A stretch of DNA of 54,610 nucleotides, filler included, from Diploschistes diacapsis (taxonomy: Eukaryota): the NCBI GenBank assembly GCA_023645945.1. It is 4 parts of 4 records of this genome, joined end to end, with 100 filler letters (N's around TTAATTAATTAA, not from the genome) between each part and the next. Parts side by side here need not be neighbours in the genome. Positions count along the whole stretch, not along the records: positions 1 to 13,584 come from JALAIB010000643.1; 3 more parts are not named here. One strand, written 5' to 3'. The position numbers and the translations under genes are program-made. Below are positions 1-12,390 of this stretch, piece after piece (position 1 is the stretch's first letter; each line of letters begins with the position of its first letter). The notes under the pieces are model-generated. The model ran no database searches and was not told the origin of the DNA. It was given only the letters and a program-made list of their open reading frames with translations.

Positions 1-73
1 GGCGTTGGGAGAATTATGTATGTGTTAGGGGTGGGGAGGCAGATGGAAAGTTGGGGAAAAGGGAGTGTTGTAC

Positions 74-615
74 CGTGGTGCAGGCCTGCAGGTGGAATCT
101 GCCGACTGGCGTCCGGTTGTACATGGTGTAGAAGGTCGCCACCTCGTAGACCCGCATGGGCGGCATTTCAAGAAGGCGCGCCACCTCGTTCATCACGCTT
201 ATGCTCGTGAACCCGTGCTGTCTCTGCCCGAGGTCGAGCAGGGGCATGACGGCCGCTTTCTTGTACTGAGGAGGATACCGCTTCAGGATTTCGTCGATGA
301 GCTTCTGGTTCATGGCGTTGAAGGAGAAGGGGATGGAGGGGTTGTTGTCTGGGGTGTTACGATGCTGTAGGTGGGGAGGTTGGACGTGTTAGCTGCGTCA
401 GATGAAGGAAGAGGAACCAGAGAAGCGTATGGGGGTGCCTGTTGTGAGGAAAGATGTAGGAGCCTGGGGAAGCGTACGACATTCAGTGACTCGCTCGCTG
501 TGCGGGCTGTGGATGCAAAGGTTCGGGCACATTGCAGTGAGCGGGTGAGGTGGGTAGCCCGCGACGATGAGCGCACGGCATTGCGGAAGACGACGGGCGC
601 GAGTTTGGAGGCCAT
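74..615 (-). CDS. NDUFV2: NADH:ubiquinone oxidoreductase 24 kDa subunit, mitochondrial (5' part; 3' end runs off the contig)
   Basis: Exon 1 615-478 encodes an Arg/Ser-rich presequence. Intron 477-365 is GTACGC..CTACAG. Exon 2 364-74 reads [64 protein letters not shown]. The next intron starts at 73. Confidence 0.95.
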
Positions 616-974
616 TATGAAATGTCTTGATAAGGTGTATGAATGAGCTTCAAGCTTCAGAGTTCTGAGAAAGCTTCCAAAGCGATGATGTTGAGAGAAT
701 CGCGACCGCTGTCATTGGTCGAGTCCTAATTAGACGCTAAACCAAACTTGGTATCGCCGCAACCTGAGTTCAAAGGTGCCGCATAATTCAGTTGTACAAT
801 GGACTTTCAACAGCTACATCTAACACAATAACACTTTCAGTGTTCGGAAAAGCAACATTAAAAGGGTTCCAAAATCGCTCCAGCTATGCACAGCTATGTA
901 CTTTATGGCTATACTGCAACTATCTTCCAAATGCTCATGCAAATATGCAACAACTACAAACGCTAGATAGAAGA

Positions 975-2491
975 TCACAAGGCAGCAATCATACCAACAG
1001 CCAGCGCACCGATACCGACGCTGTACCCAAGGCCCGGGCCCACTGTAGGAGCAGCAAGAGCCTTGGAGCTCGAAGTGGAAGCGCCACTCGGCGAGCTTCC
1101 GGTGGAAGTTGGTGAGCTTCCACCTGAGCCCACAGTGGTCGGAAGATCACCCTGGCTCTCGGCTGCCGAGTCGTCCACGTTTGCGTAGGTAGCAAAAGAG
1201 ATTGACGGCTCGGATTGGTTCCAGACGGTAAAGTAGGAAGAGAAGAAGCCGAAGCCGGCGTTGGCGTAGCCATTTGCCGTGGCTTGAACACCCCCAGCGC
1301 ACACTAGAGACGGTCAGAACCAAACAGGTGTGCTCAGATTGCTCGGGCCAACTTACTGCCGTTGCCGGCATCTTGGGCGCTCACGTTGAGCATGGATCCG
1401 TTGATGGTCGCGGAGCCTCCCGAGGGGAAGTGCATGGTCAGATCGGGAAGCGTCTGAGTGTTGCAGGGGAAGAGGTAGGTGTCTTGGTTCAGGCTGGAGC
1501 CCTGTACCTGTGTCCAGTAGTCCTGAGCAGTCTGTGGGTCGGTTGTAGTTCCAACCCCACCGGTGTCTAGACCGCATTAGTGTTCTGGACAGCACAAGCA
1601 ATCATGTGTTACCCACCCATGAGGATGCTGGTGCCGTTTGTGCCACCAAGTTTGTTGTTGCCAGAAGTGTATGTGACTCCATCAACGCTCCAGTATGTTG
1701 TGCTATTGTCAATAGAAACCTTGGTCAAAGAGCCGGTAAACAGGCTCGAGTTAACGAATCCGAAGCTTAGACTCTCTTCGTGGGCGGGGTTGAAGTCGGC
1801 AGTAAAGACGGGCTGGTCGAGCTGGGATTGCACGGCCTCCATAAAAGTAGGTCCATTTTTAGGTTTGCCACTGGTCGACTCCTCGGTATTCTGAATCCTC
1901 CAGCCAAGACCAAGCGTTCCGTCGTAGGTCGTGTCTATAATTCCCAGGCCAAAGACGGTGGTGGCGGCTCCGACGATCATGTCCGTGACCGTCGCTCCAC
2001 CGATGTTTACGGTCTCCGTGCCAACTTGACCACTCGCGCCGAGCTCACCCGTATCGTAGGAGATGTTGAACATCTCGTTCTGTATCTGTTTCCAGCTGCT
2101 GCTCTTGCTCGGATCATAGATGCGGTTCTGGCTGAGATTCGTCTTGATGAAGTCTTGCGGTAGTAGAGTGCTGACCACCCACCTTGTTGCTCGAAGTTAG
2201 CATATCAAAAATCTTGCATCGAGCACCGAGTGCCGTTTGGGGGGCGGGAACTTACAAATCGCCAGATCCTGTATCGATTTGGACTCTTAGATCTTGGCCT
2301 CCAAAATTGGCGGAGGTCACCCAGTCAGTGCCGCCGTATATTGTGTCGACGAGCTCGTCACCAGAGGTGCTGCGGCGCTGCAGAGGCAGTGTGAACCTGC
2401 CAACAGAATTTGGGGAGCGTGAAGAGAGCCAGGAAGCGGCAGATGGCGTAGCCGCCAGTGCGGACACAATCAGAGCCTGCGCCAAGTGCAT
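975..2491 (-). CDS. Secreted pepsin-like (A1) aspartic protease with Ser/Thr-rich tail and probable GPI signal
   Basis: Four exons (2491-2256, 2182-1617, 1566-1357, 1303-975) splice in frame. Features: signal peptide, DTGSGDLWV, flap ISYDTG, DGTLGLG, second catalytic motif ILM-DTGG rebuilt across intron 2, and hydrophobic C-terminus YSVGIGALAVGMIAAL. Confidence 0.88.
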
Positions 2492-3686
2492 GTCTGTTTA
2501 TATTATGGACTTCTTGTTCACGTAGTGGAGGTGGGATAAAGACGAGCAAAGGATCGAGTGGATCCTGCTCAATTCGAATAAAGAGACCCTGTTTGAATGT
2601 AATGGGGAAAAAAGAGCGAGCAGATCGAGTCTAAAAGGCACAGCTTATGCGAAGGATATGGAAGTGAATAATCAATGAAGGCGGAAATAGGTTCCATCCA
2701 GTGCACGGAAGAGGACGTGAATGAAAATGAAGTAGGAAAAGTGAGGCAGCAGGCGTGGACGCTGCCCAGCAAAAACCAACTCTGTACGTTCAAGCCTTCG
2801 AGTTCAGCCCCGAATTCAAGCAGCAGGCAGAGTAAGCCTGACAAAACCAACTAGTATTTAAAAAAGGGGGAAAAGAAAGGTCGGCGCCTGCTAAGTTTGG
2901 GCCACAAGCCATAAGTTATAACCTACCCATCCCAACCATAGTAGTTCAACAACAACAAGTCTACTGGTTCTCCTCTCTCTAAAGAATAAAAAATCGAAGA
3001 AAGCCAATAGAAGTGAGCGTCGAAGCAGCCTGCCACGATTCATTCTCAATTCAAGCAAGAGTTGACGGCGATGGAGCAATTAGAGTATTTGAAGAGCGTA
3101 AAAAACGCCCAACGCCAAGCAGCGTAGTGTTAGTTATGCTTTTCCTCTCTGGGCCTTGGCATTTCTCTCTGCCCGGCCATTCATCCATCGTAATTTGAAA
3201 ACTCTCCTTGCTTACCTGCTGGCGCTCGGCTGAGGACGTTCGGGTGCCTATCTACATGTCGTAAATAAATAAAAGAGGGGCAAGAAACAAGGCCTTGGCC
3301 ACACAGAGCCTGGCCTGTTTCTTCAAGAACCACACGGGCGGACGTGATCGCTGCTGGCACACGACAGGGGAACTTTGAACAGTCCGTGATTGTTTGTACT
3401 ATTCCTAAGAAAGAAAGCGTTCTCGATCATCCATCAGTTCATCGTGAGTTCGTGAGTCTCGTGAACCGGACCAAGCCAAAACAAACCCCAAATGAAACGA
3501 TTCAATCAGTCTCCCCAATCCCAGCAACTACTTCATCGCTGCAACCACCACAGCCGGTTATCACCGAAACGCAGCAGCACGATTCCCTCAAATCAAAACA
3601 GCAGAACAATAGTCGGGCGTAAATACACGTTAATCAAGTGGAAAGAAAGTCCGTAAAAGCAAACGAGTATCAATGCCCGAAACAGA

Positions 3687-6612
3687 CTACCGTTTCTTGT
3701 CCCCTCCACCCAGGAGGCCCTCCGTAATATTCTTAAACAGCTTTCCCGCGCTACCCTTGCCGCTCAAAAACTCCTCGATCTTGTCCGCGATCGGATCCTC
3801 GCCCCTGTCCGCCTTCCTCTTCCCATGCTTGTCGAACCTCTCCGGCAGTTCGACCGTCGAGTCGCTGTGCGCAGGGCTGGGGTCACGGTTTCGACCATGA
3901 TGTCCACCGTCTCTATCTTTGTCTCTGCCGCGGTGTCGGGAACGGCCACCGTCGCCATCGTGACGTCCGTGGTTGGCGTCGGAATCGGAGGCAGAGGGGT
4001 CAGAGTCGTGGTCACGGTGGCGCCGCCTCCTTCGGCGGTCATCGGGAGAGTTTGGGGCGACGTCTTCGTCGGAGGCAAAGGAGACGGACTTGGAGCGGCG
4101 GTCGCGGTTGGCACGGGGAGTTTCGTCGCGGTTGGGGCGGGGAGTTTCGTCGCGGGCGAGGCTTACACCTGATCGTCGCAAAAACAAGTTAGCCTTTCCT
4201 TGTGGTCCATCCTGCTAGCGAACAACACCAGTAAAGGACGTCACACACCCTCTTCGGCACTACGTGGGTCAGGAGCGAAGCCGGGACTCACATTCTCATC
4301 CCCCCTCCGTCCTCCTGCCGGCGCATACGCCCCTACGGGAGGAGGAGAATAGACGCCCTGCGGTGGCACGTAACCTTGTGGCGCTTGATAGTATTCTTGA
4401 GGGTTTGCAGCCTGGCCGGCGTTGGCGTACTCTTGGTGGTTGTAAGCTGGCTGCGGAGAGTACTCCCCACCTGGTGGTGGAGGGAAATTGTTGCTCGCGG
4501 GGTAGTAGGACTCTGGCGCGTAGCCTTGCTCGATCACGTGTGGTTGGTGCCCAGGGGACATTGGTGAGAACTGCGAGCTGTATCCCGGGCTATGAGGATC
4601 ATATTGGGCTGCTTGGGCCTCGGCACCTATAAATGGTTTTAGCGTTTGCACCTTTTCAAACGGGACAACAACAGCAACTCACGCTCTCTGGCTTCGACTT
4701 CTTCCTTCTTTCTGTCCTTGCGCTTCTTGTATTCGTTTACGCCTAGTGCGGCGGCACCGGCAGCAAGACCCGCGGTTGCTAGTTCTCGGGCGCGACTTGC
4801 GCTTCGGCTTCGCTCGTGGTTCTCGCTTTTGCGGCGCCTGTGGTGTCGGCGACGACGTCCTCCGTCTTCGCTATCGGAGCTCTCGTCACGACGCCTTCCG
4901 TTCCTTGAATTGGACCGCTCGTTTGCTCGTTCGTAGGTCTCGGTGACCCTTGTGTGTGGATAGGCTGCAGCTGCTGCGCCTGCCGCGGCAGCAGGCGGGA
5001 GAGCACGGTTTGGATCGTAGTACGCAGGCTGGTTGACCGGATGGCCGTAGTAGTCCACCGGTTGCTGTCCAAAGGTTGAGACCGGTGCATCACCGTACTC
5101 GATCAGGCCAGGGTTGCTGGCGGACGCCATGCGGGGGCCGTCGTAGACCTGGGACCTGGGCCGAGATCTGGATCGATGTCTTTCGCGCTTGTCTGACTGT
5201 TGACGTTCGGCCTCGGCACGTTCTTCTTCCGCTTTATTCTCCTTGCGCTTCTCCCACAGACCGGCGATCGCTGCGCTGCCCAGACCAGCAGCGGCAATCG
5301 GAAGGCCCGTTTTGACCCTGTTGTTGGAACGGGAGCGTCCATCACGGGCCCGTGATTTGCTTCTAGCTCTTTCCACGAGACCTGCGATGGCGGCGCCTGC
5401 CAACCCAGCACCGGCTATTTTTCTCTTGCTGTTGTTGTCGGTCTCGCCTTCTTCCTCCGACGCACGACGTGCTCGAGATCGACTGCGTCCTCTGCCTCCC
5501 TCTTCCTCGGCCGACTGTTTCTGATCGTGCCTGTGCTTGGCATAGCCAGCCGCAGCTGCAAGCGCAGCGACACCGATGCCAATACCGGCAAGGGTCTTTA
5601 CACGAGATTGGGATCTGGAGCGCTCCCTCTCCTCACTGCGGTGACGGCGTCTGTGACGGCCCTCTCTCGAGTCGTTGCCATCATCGTCTCGGTCCTGGTC
5701 CCTATCTCGTCGGCGATCGCGTCGGCCGTCTCCTTCGGGGGACAGAGAGCCAGCACGGCTCTTGCCGCGATAGTGGCTCCTGGCACGTTGGATGACTTCG
5801 GCTCCAATGGCGCCTGCTGCTGCTGCGCCCAAGTCCCGTCCCATTCTGCCTCTCCTGCTACCACCTTCGTCTCCGTTCTTGACCCGATGGTGACGAAGAA
5901 GCTCGGCGACACCGACACCAGCCAGCGCACCCTCTGCGAGATGGCGTTTGCGGTGAGAGTCGTCGGTGCTACCACCTTCAGTGACTTCGTGCTTGACGTA
6001 CACCATATCATCATCGCTGCTGTAGTGTCGACTGTGAGATCTTTTGTGACGGCGCTCTCGTTCGGGGCTGCGGCTACCTTCAACCTCTCGGACTCGGCGC
6101 TCGTAGTAGTAGTCCTCCTCTTTCGGAGAGGGTTCGCGGCGGACAAGCTGCTTGTTGTCCTCGAAGACCTCGGACCGGCGAATCACCTGGTAGTCATCTT
6201 CTTCACGCTCGCGCTCGCGAGGAACAACGATGGGTGCGCGGGGCGCTGGAGGGTAATATTCGGTCGTCTTCACGTAACGGTCAAGCTGGTAGCCATCGTC
6301 CCGAGGTCGAGGTCGCTGAACGTCCCTCTCGTATGAGTATTCCCGGTCATACCGTCGGGGCTCCGGTGTGCGCTCGCGCTCAATTCGTTCGATGCGGACG
6401 TCCCTGTCAACCTCTCGTGGCGGGGGAGACTCCCTCTCTCGTCGGACGATGCGCGTTTCCCTTTCGCCCCGGGTGGAGAACTTGTCGCTCTCGAAAACGC
6501 TCATCCGATCATCTTCGCTACGAGGCACACGGTATTTCTTGACGCTTGTAGTGTACCGTGGTGGAGATTCCCGGCGGTAGCTGGAACGGTCATCCCAGCT
6601 TCGATGCGACAT
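3687..6612 (-). CDS. DUF3824-like Arg/Glu/Ser-rich disordered protein
   Basis: Exons 6612-4683, 4626-4249 (or 4292) and 4168-3687. Repeated AGAAAAG/hydrophobic blocks alternate with RSRSR tracts, followed by a Pro/Tyr/Gln region ending RRGDENV and a C-terminal SDSTVELPERFD motif. Confidence 0.75.
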
Positions 6613-7044
6613 TGTGGATTGAGCTTTCCCGCTTGCTGATAAATTTAAAAGGGATTAGTCGATTCGAACGTTGCAGAGATCAACTCTGTAGGCCGTAAAG
6701 TAATGGAACGAACGCAAAGGAGGGTGAAATGATGAAGCAGAAGGCGAGAGCAGCTAGACGTGATTGTTGGAGGGCTTGGGGTTGTGAAAAATGGTAGAGT
6801 GAGTTGTATGGGGGAGGACACGAGGCTGTTGCAATGCTGTAGGTTCAGGTGGTAGAAAGTGCGGAGCTGAGCCTATTTCATGTGACGGGGGGCGTTAGCA
6901 AGTGACGAAACGTTCTGGCGCCTTTTTGCGATGGATTTGAGGTGGTTTTTCAACCGTCTGAAGGGCCGTAGATTTATCCAGGTACCTCGACCACTGGCAG
7001 AGTGTGGTCTTCCAGTTGTGGAGTTTGGGACAAAGAACTTGGGA

Positions 7045-7114
7045 TGAGGATGAAGATGAAGGTGAAGGTGAAGATGAAGATGAGGATGAGGATGAGGATG
7101 AAATGGAGGATGAA
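7045..7114. repeat. (GATGAG/GATGAA)n hexamer microsatellite
   Basis: About 11 degenerate hexamer units upstream of the DUF3824-like gene. Confidence 0.85.
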
Positions 7115-8680
7115 GGGGACTCACAGTAGTAAGTAGAAGGCACTAGACACAGTATAGTACTGTGGAATGCGCCTGACGGGCTTGGCTTGACAAGGCTTTC
7201 TCAATACTAAGTACTTGAGTACTTGGAGGCAGGGACTGAGATAGAGGGGGGCAAAAAGTAGAAAGGTTGGTGGTGGAAGTTGAGAGAAATGTGGAACACC
7301 TGAGGATAAAACCAATGCCGATGTTAGTTAGTCTTGCCCTTGAGGATTGTCATATAATATACTATACCTTATCGCGCAGCAATAAGAGGTGAATGAGTTT
7401 ACCGGCTATCTAGCCGTGGCGGTCAAGGTCAACGGAAGGGCAGTCGTTAATGATTCGTTAGATCGTGAGAATGATTAATTAAAATGCTCAAAGTCTGGAG
7501 AAGAAAAAGAAACTCTAGTGTCTGGCAGAAAGATTCCAAGGCACAGCCTGTGGTAGAACTCGAAAGAACACCACGGCCCCTCTACTCTTTTAAACCGAAT
7601 AGTAATCGCCGGACAGAGCCTCGAGGATGAATATGCAAGTTGGTTTGACAGTTGGAGAGCCTCTTCCAACTTGGGGGTATTCTTATATCGAGACAGCTCC
7701 AGACTCTTCGCTTCCCCTTATTGCCCTTATTCGCACTGTCCTCCATAACGAAACAATAAGCCCTTCCCTGGCACCCAATTGCAGTCTCCAACTTACCAAC
7801 TCGGGAATAAGTCAAAGTAGTGTGTCAGTCAGTGCATGCGTTTTCGTTCGTGTTACTGCCCAAGAACTCCGAGACTGTTGTGCAATCATCCACACAACCA
7901 TTCAAGATGATGGACCAACAGACAAACAACAGCAGTGCGCTGCTGTTGGCTTTAGTAGCAAGATTGTCTGTGTTTGATTTGAGCCTTGCCACAATTTGAT
8001 AAGGGGAGCTACTGAATGGAATACTATTATAGCCTTGACTGTGCACAGGTCACAGCGGAAAACCCCTTTCTCTCGCCATCAGATCATCGTGGCACCTTCC
8101 ACAGCTGCGGAACTCGCTATCAATCTCCGGCTCCTGCACCTCAATCTTCCGATGCACGTGGAACGTGGCACGCAGGAATGAAAAGCGCAAGCAGTCTAGC
8201 ACCTAATAACATGCCAGAAGCAGGAGCGGTTTTGCACGAACAATATGTTACTGCCAGGTATAGTAAATGCTGCGCTATATAATAAGGCTGTCATGAGCAA
8301 GGAGATGCATAGCGCTCAGGTAGGTTGTGGGTAAGCAAGCATATCTGTCCGTATCTATCCTCTCTACAAGCTGCTCGTATGAAAAGCCTCCCAGGGTAGT
8401 AGCTTCACACCTTATTTGTCCGACCCAGTCCAAGGCTTAGATATGGGGCGTCCCCCGGAACAGGTGTACGCACCGCATCTGCCTGTCCATCCCTATGGCC
8501 ACCGTACCCCGCCAAGTAATGCTGCCTCTTACATTTTGTTGCCCAAGCCGTTTCCCCTGCGTTGTGCTGTTTTCCCAAAGCGACGCTATCCTACACGCTA
8601 AGTATTGAGTCGCCATAAGAAATTCGTCAAGCGAAATGGGCAGAATGGATGTCGTGAGTCGTCAGGCAAATTCCAAAATA

Positions 8681-11443
8681 TCAACCAGAAAGGGTCAGCC
8701 TGATGCTTTTCGAAGGCAGCCCTGTAGACGGAGCAGAGAGTCGGCGTAATTCAGACCTGGGGATTCCGACATCGTCCTCCGCTGTGCTGTTGCGCCTCGG
8801 ATCGTTGATCGGCTTCTCCGGCTCTACTGGATCTTCCGGGTGAACGAGACTTCGGCCGGATATAGCAGCCGATCGAATCCTTGAGCTAACCGGCAGCGCA
8901 TACTTGACGATACCCCGAACAATGAGTTCAAAGTCGTGCTGTATCACCGTTTCCCAACGGTCGGACCCGCCTGCTTCCGTACTATTGCCCGGTCTGTTGA
9001 GCCGCACTTCGCCGATGGAAGAGGAAAATCGATGCTTGAATGGAGAGGCTTCAAAGCTCAGCGGGGCGTCAAAATGAGAGATCTGTCCAAGCAGCATGAC
9101 ATGAGGGTCCTCGTCCATTGGATCATTGCCCTCGTCGATACCACCCGTCGCGTTGAAGCGAGGGTTTTGCAGGGGATTCTCTCCACCACTGGACGTGCCA
9201 TCCTCCTTTCCTCCTTCCCCCCCTGGGAGCCCTGATTGGTCTAGCCAATATCTACTTGTGCCAACGTATTTACTCTTGGCATGGATTAGAATGTCAAGGT
9301 CGCTGATCTGTATGGCCACAAGGTTCGGGTTGATGGCATGCACCCTGAGATCGAAAATGATCTCCTGATCTGACGCTAGAACGTTGGCAATCTCCTTGAC
9401 GTAGACGCTTTCGAGCGGCCTCGAGCAAAGAATTAGAGCAAAAATAACCAATGCGATCAAAAGAATGACCAAAGCACCTAGGAGCAGACATCTTCCCATG
9501 CTCTTCCAGAGCCCCGGCTCAGGTTCTCCGTAGTAGTAATCTTCTTCAGAAGGGAATTGCCTGCGGCGACCGCCACCGCCGCTGCCGCCGCCGATGCGTG
9601 GTGCACGCGCAGATAGAATCAATGGGGTTCTCTCGTCATCCGCTTCAAGATCGTATGGAATGCCCCCAATCGATTTCACACTCCGCAGGTGCGGGCTTCG
9701 AGGGGTGTAGGAATGAGGAGAGGTCCGTCGGCCAAAGCTTCCGGCGTTTGCTTTGCGGGGCGATCTCGTATTATTTTGGAATGGCGAATTATCATCGAAG
9801 AGAGACGGGTGACCTGGAGCACGGCCATGTCGACCAATATGGCGTGGATATTGCTGCGAGCCGTTTGCAAGGTTCGGACGGGCACTGACAGGAGTGCCAG
9901 CCGACGAGACGTCCTCGGCTTCGCCATTGTAGGAATTTGGGTTCTTAGAGCTGTTTGCGAACTTCATACTCTTTTTACCTGCGAGACTACCGTTCCCCTC
10001 GGACCGATAACGATGCCTGTAATGCTCACCTTGGCTTGCGACGGAGGTCATGCTGGGCGTTCTTGAATGATAGCGATACTGAGGCCGCGTAACCGGCTCT
10101 GGTGGGTTCGACTCGTATACGAAAGTCTCCTCGGAATCGGAAGAGTTTACCTCGTCCACCGCGCTTTTGATCTTGGCCTCGAAAATGTCTGCTTTGGAGG
10201 AAGCGGTGCTCTGAGTAATGGACGGGGTTTTGCGCACGGTCTTTTTCTTCTCTTTTTTCGGTCTGATCGTTTCGGTGCTTGGCTTTAAGCGAACAGTCCT
10301 AGTGCCATCGTTTTTTGATGCGGCCGTCCGATTTTCCCCCCCAGAACTCAGAGCCATCTGAGGAACCGAGGTGACCGTCTCTGTCTCGACGGTCATATTC
10401 CGCGCTGAGCCCTCTCCGCCTACTTTGCTCTTTGCAGAGTTCAGCTGAGAGTATGATCGCCTTGACAGAAGTGGTGCATGCTTAGCGGCTACTTGCGAGG
10501 TAGAACTTTTGCTGCTATCGCCAATTCTCTCAACTGTGGCATTACTCTTGGCACTCTTTGCGCCGGTGCTTTCGTTACCACTTTCTGTCACTGCTCCACC
10601 TATCCTCAAGTTGCCGTCTTCGGCAAGGGTTTCGGCTATCGTTGCGGGGTGGGTCAGCGAAGGATCTCTGGAGAGTGGTGACTTTTTACTCCCTTGGATT
10701 ACCGAGGTTTCGGGATCAGAGCTCTCTCGAACTGCTTCTAGCGTACTGTTGTTACTGAGGGCACGAACAGGTGACAGAATTCCAGCCCGTAGCATGTCTT
10801 CTTCCTCCTCTTCCTGGATGTCGTCAAAACTAGAAGCGGACTTTGGCGTTGGTTGGTTCACAATGATACTGGGCGTGGGAGGGGGAGGCTCTAGATCTGG
10901 TTTGGCAGACGGCACAGCGTTGGACCTTATAGTGCTTGGGGTAGGCGGCGGCGATGCCAGACGGTTTGTCCTTGAAAGAGGTGGAGGTCTTCCCTGCTTC
11001 TGTGTTTTGAGGATATCACCAGCAAATTCAGAGCTTATTGGAGACGTTATCCGATTCGCGGTACCAGCAGCTGCTAGTGCTCTTTGGATTGCTGCAGCTG
11101 AGGGAGTATCTGCAATATTATATGGCACATTTTGGCCGCGCTGCGGGCTCTGGTCCGAACTGTTCTTCCTAGATCTCGATAGTCTCGAAGTAGACGGCTG
11201 CTGGAGCTTCGGAGTGCTGGATCTTATCGGTGAAGGCTCGCGCGATGTCCTAGGAGATGCTGCAAGGGATGAGGAAGCCGAAGCCAAGGGGCCTGTCCTG
11301 GGTCTTCTCGGTTTCTGCGTGTGGGGGGGCGAAGGCGATCTTTGCGAGCGCATCGTCGAAGCGGAAGCGCCGCCAGCTTTCCGCTGCTCTTTCAGGGTGT
11401 CGGCAGTGGTCGCCTCATCCACTTGATTACCTGCATCCGCCAT
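8681..11443 (-). CDS. VAC7: Vacuolar segregation protein Vac7 (Fab1/PI(3,5)P2 regulator)
   Basis: 920-aa single-exon ORF with a long Ser/Pro-rich N-terminus, MTVETETV and SSDSEETFVYESNPP motifs, one transmembrane helix, and luminal IANVLASDQEIIFDL..AINPN..GIDEGNDP domain. Confidence 0.9.
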   Translation of the reverse strand: MADAGNQVDEATTADTLKEQRKAGGASASTMRSQRSPSPPHTQKPRRPRTGPLASASSSLAASPRTSREPSPIRSSTPKLQQPSTSRLSRSRKNSSDQSPQRGQNVPYNIADTPSAAAIQRALAAAGTANRITSPISSEFAGDILKTQKQGRPPPLSRTNRLASPPPTPSTIRSNAVPSAKPDLEPPPPTPSIIVNQPTPKSASSFDDIQEEEEEDMLRAGILSPVRALSNNSTLEAVRESSDPETSVIQGSKKSPLSRDPSLTHPATIAETLAEDGNLRIGGAVTESGNESTGAKSAKSNATVERIGDSSKSSTSQVAAKHAPLLSRRSYSQLNSAKSKVGGEGSARNMTVETETVTSVPQMALSSGGENRTAASKNDGTRTVRLKPSTETIRPKKEKKKTVRKTPSITQSTASSKADIFEAKIKSAVDEVNSSDSEETFVYESNPPEPVTRPQYRYHSRTPSMTSVASQGEHYRHRYRSEGNGSLAGKKSMKFANSSKNPNSYNGEAEDVSSAGTPVSARPNLANGSQQYPRHIGRHGRAPGHPSLFDDNSPFQNNTRSPRKANAGSFGRRTSPHSYTPRSPHLRSVKSIGGIPYDLEADDERTPLILSARAPRIGGGSGGGGRRRQFPSEEDYYYGEPEPGLWKSMGRCLLLGALVILLIALVIFALILCSRPLESVYVKEIANVLASDQEIIFDLRVHAINPNLVAIQISDLDILIHAKSKYVGTSRYWLDQSGLPGGEGGKEDGTSSGGENPLQNPRFNATGGIDEGNDPMDEDPHVMLLGQISHFDAPLSFEASPFKHRFSSSIGEVRLNRPGNSTEAGGSDRWETVIQHDFELIVRGIVKYALPVSSRIRSAAISGRSLVHPEDPVEPEKPINDPRRNSTAEDDVGIPRSELRRLSAPSTGLPSKSIRLTLSG

Positions 11444-12060
11444 TCGTTGCTGTGCTGCTCGGGTTGAGGCACGTTGCGCATAAGCAAGTTGGGGAGTGGA
11501 GGTTGTCGTTTAGCGGCATTAGATCGTAGCTCTGACGAATGCGGTCATCGAATTTTCGCTGCCCAACGTCATATGTAAGAGAGATTGACTCTGTAAAGTA
11601 ATTCAATGATTGGTAATACAAGATGCGACAAGATGTTGAAGTGGATAAAGCAAGGCTTGATGAAAAGAAAGAGCAGAGACAATTGATTCGTTTTCGGGTT
11701 GGCACACAACTTTTCCGGCTTCGGTGTTTGCGGGCGGTACCTTTTGCAGATGTGTAAATATTATTAATATTGCCTGCCATTATCGATCCTTTACTGTACT
11801 GATCCAGCGAGTTCAATACTTGACAATGCTACATATGTGCAATTCTACAGCTGGACAACGTTAACCGCCACCCATTCTCGTCATGATACCGAAGCTCAAA
11901 GTACGGTGAGTACTGCGATTTTTCAAGCAGCCGAAGGGGCAGGTTGCCAATTGGCATAAATGGCTGGTGGCATCACAATTACTTCACCCGGTATCTATCT
12001 ACCGTCATGTAAGCGTTGACATAGATTGCCAGACTTATGTTGCTCTTGTTCATTGATATA

Positions 12061-12390
12061 TAGTCACGTCCTAAAAGTAATGGTCCCTATTTAAATTATG
12101 ATGAATATTATTAATTTTAAAGATGCGATGCGCACCCAAATAATGTTTTATAAATACGCTTTTCAAATTCATTTCAAAGCTCTCCATTCGTAATATTCTA
12201 TTAATACTTTATTTACTACCTCTACGCGTCGTATATAATTTAAATTCGCGTAAATATCGAATCGGTCAATCGAGCAAATAAATTAAATTTTTTATTTATT
12301 ATAATTTAAACGAATATTTCGATAATAATAAACATTATCATTTACTTATATGGAGTTAAGCGAGGGACCATTACTTTTGAATCAATATTA
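12061..12390. mobile_element. Non-autonomous Tc1/mariner-like MITE, RIP-degraded
   Basis: Perfect 16-bp inverted repeat AAAAGTAATGGTCCCT (12073-12088 and 12363-12378), each copy 12 bp inside an end. TA flanks both sides (12059-12060, 12391-12392). The interior is very AT- and TpA-rich. Confidence 0.72.

Noticed and set aside
5527..6336. 269-aa plus-strand ORF
   Set aside because: Antisense shadow of the repetitive, GC-rich DUF3824-like exon.
10509..11426. 305-aa plus-strand ORF with a signal-peptide-like start
   Set aside because: Antisense to VAC7, has a non-ATG start and no recognisable domain.
11427..11816. ORF overlapping the VAC7 start as a possible uORF
   Set aside because: No evidence its ATG lies within the transcript, and the composition is non-coding-like.
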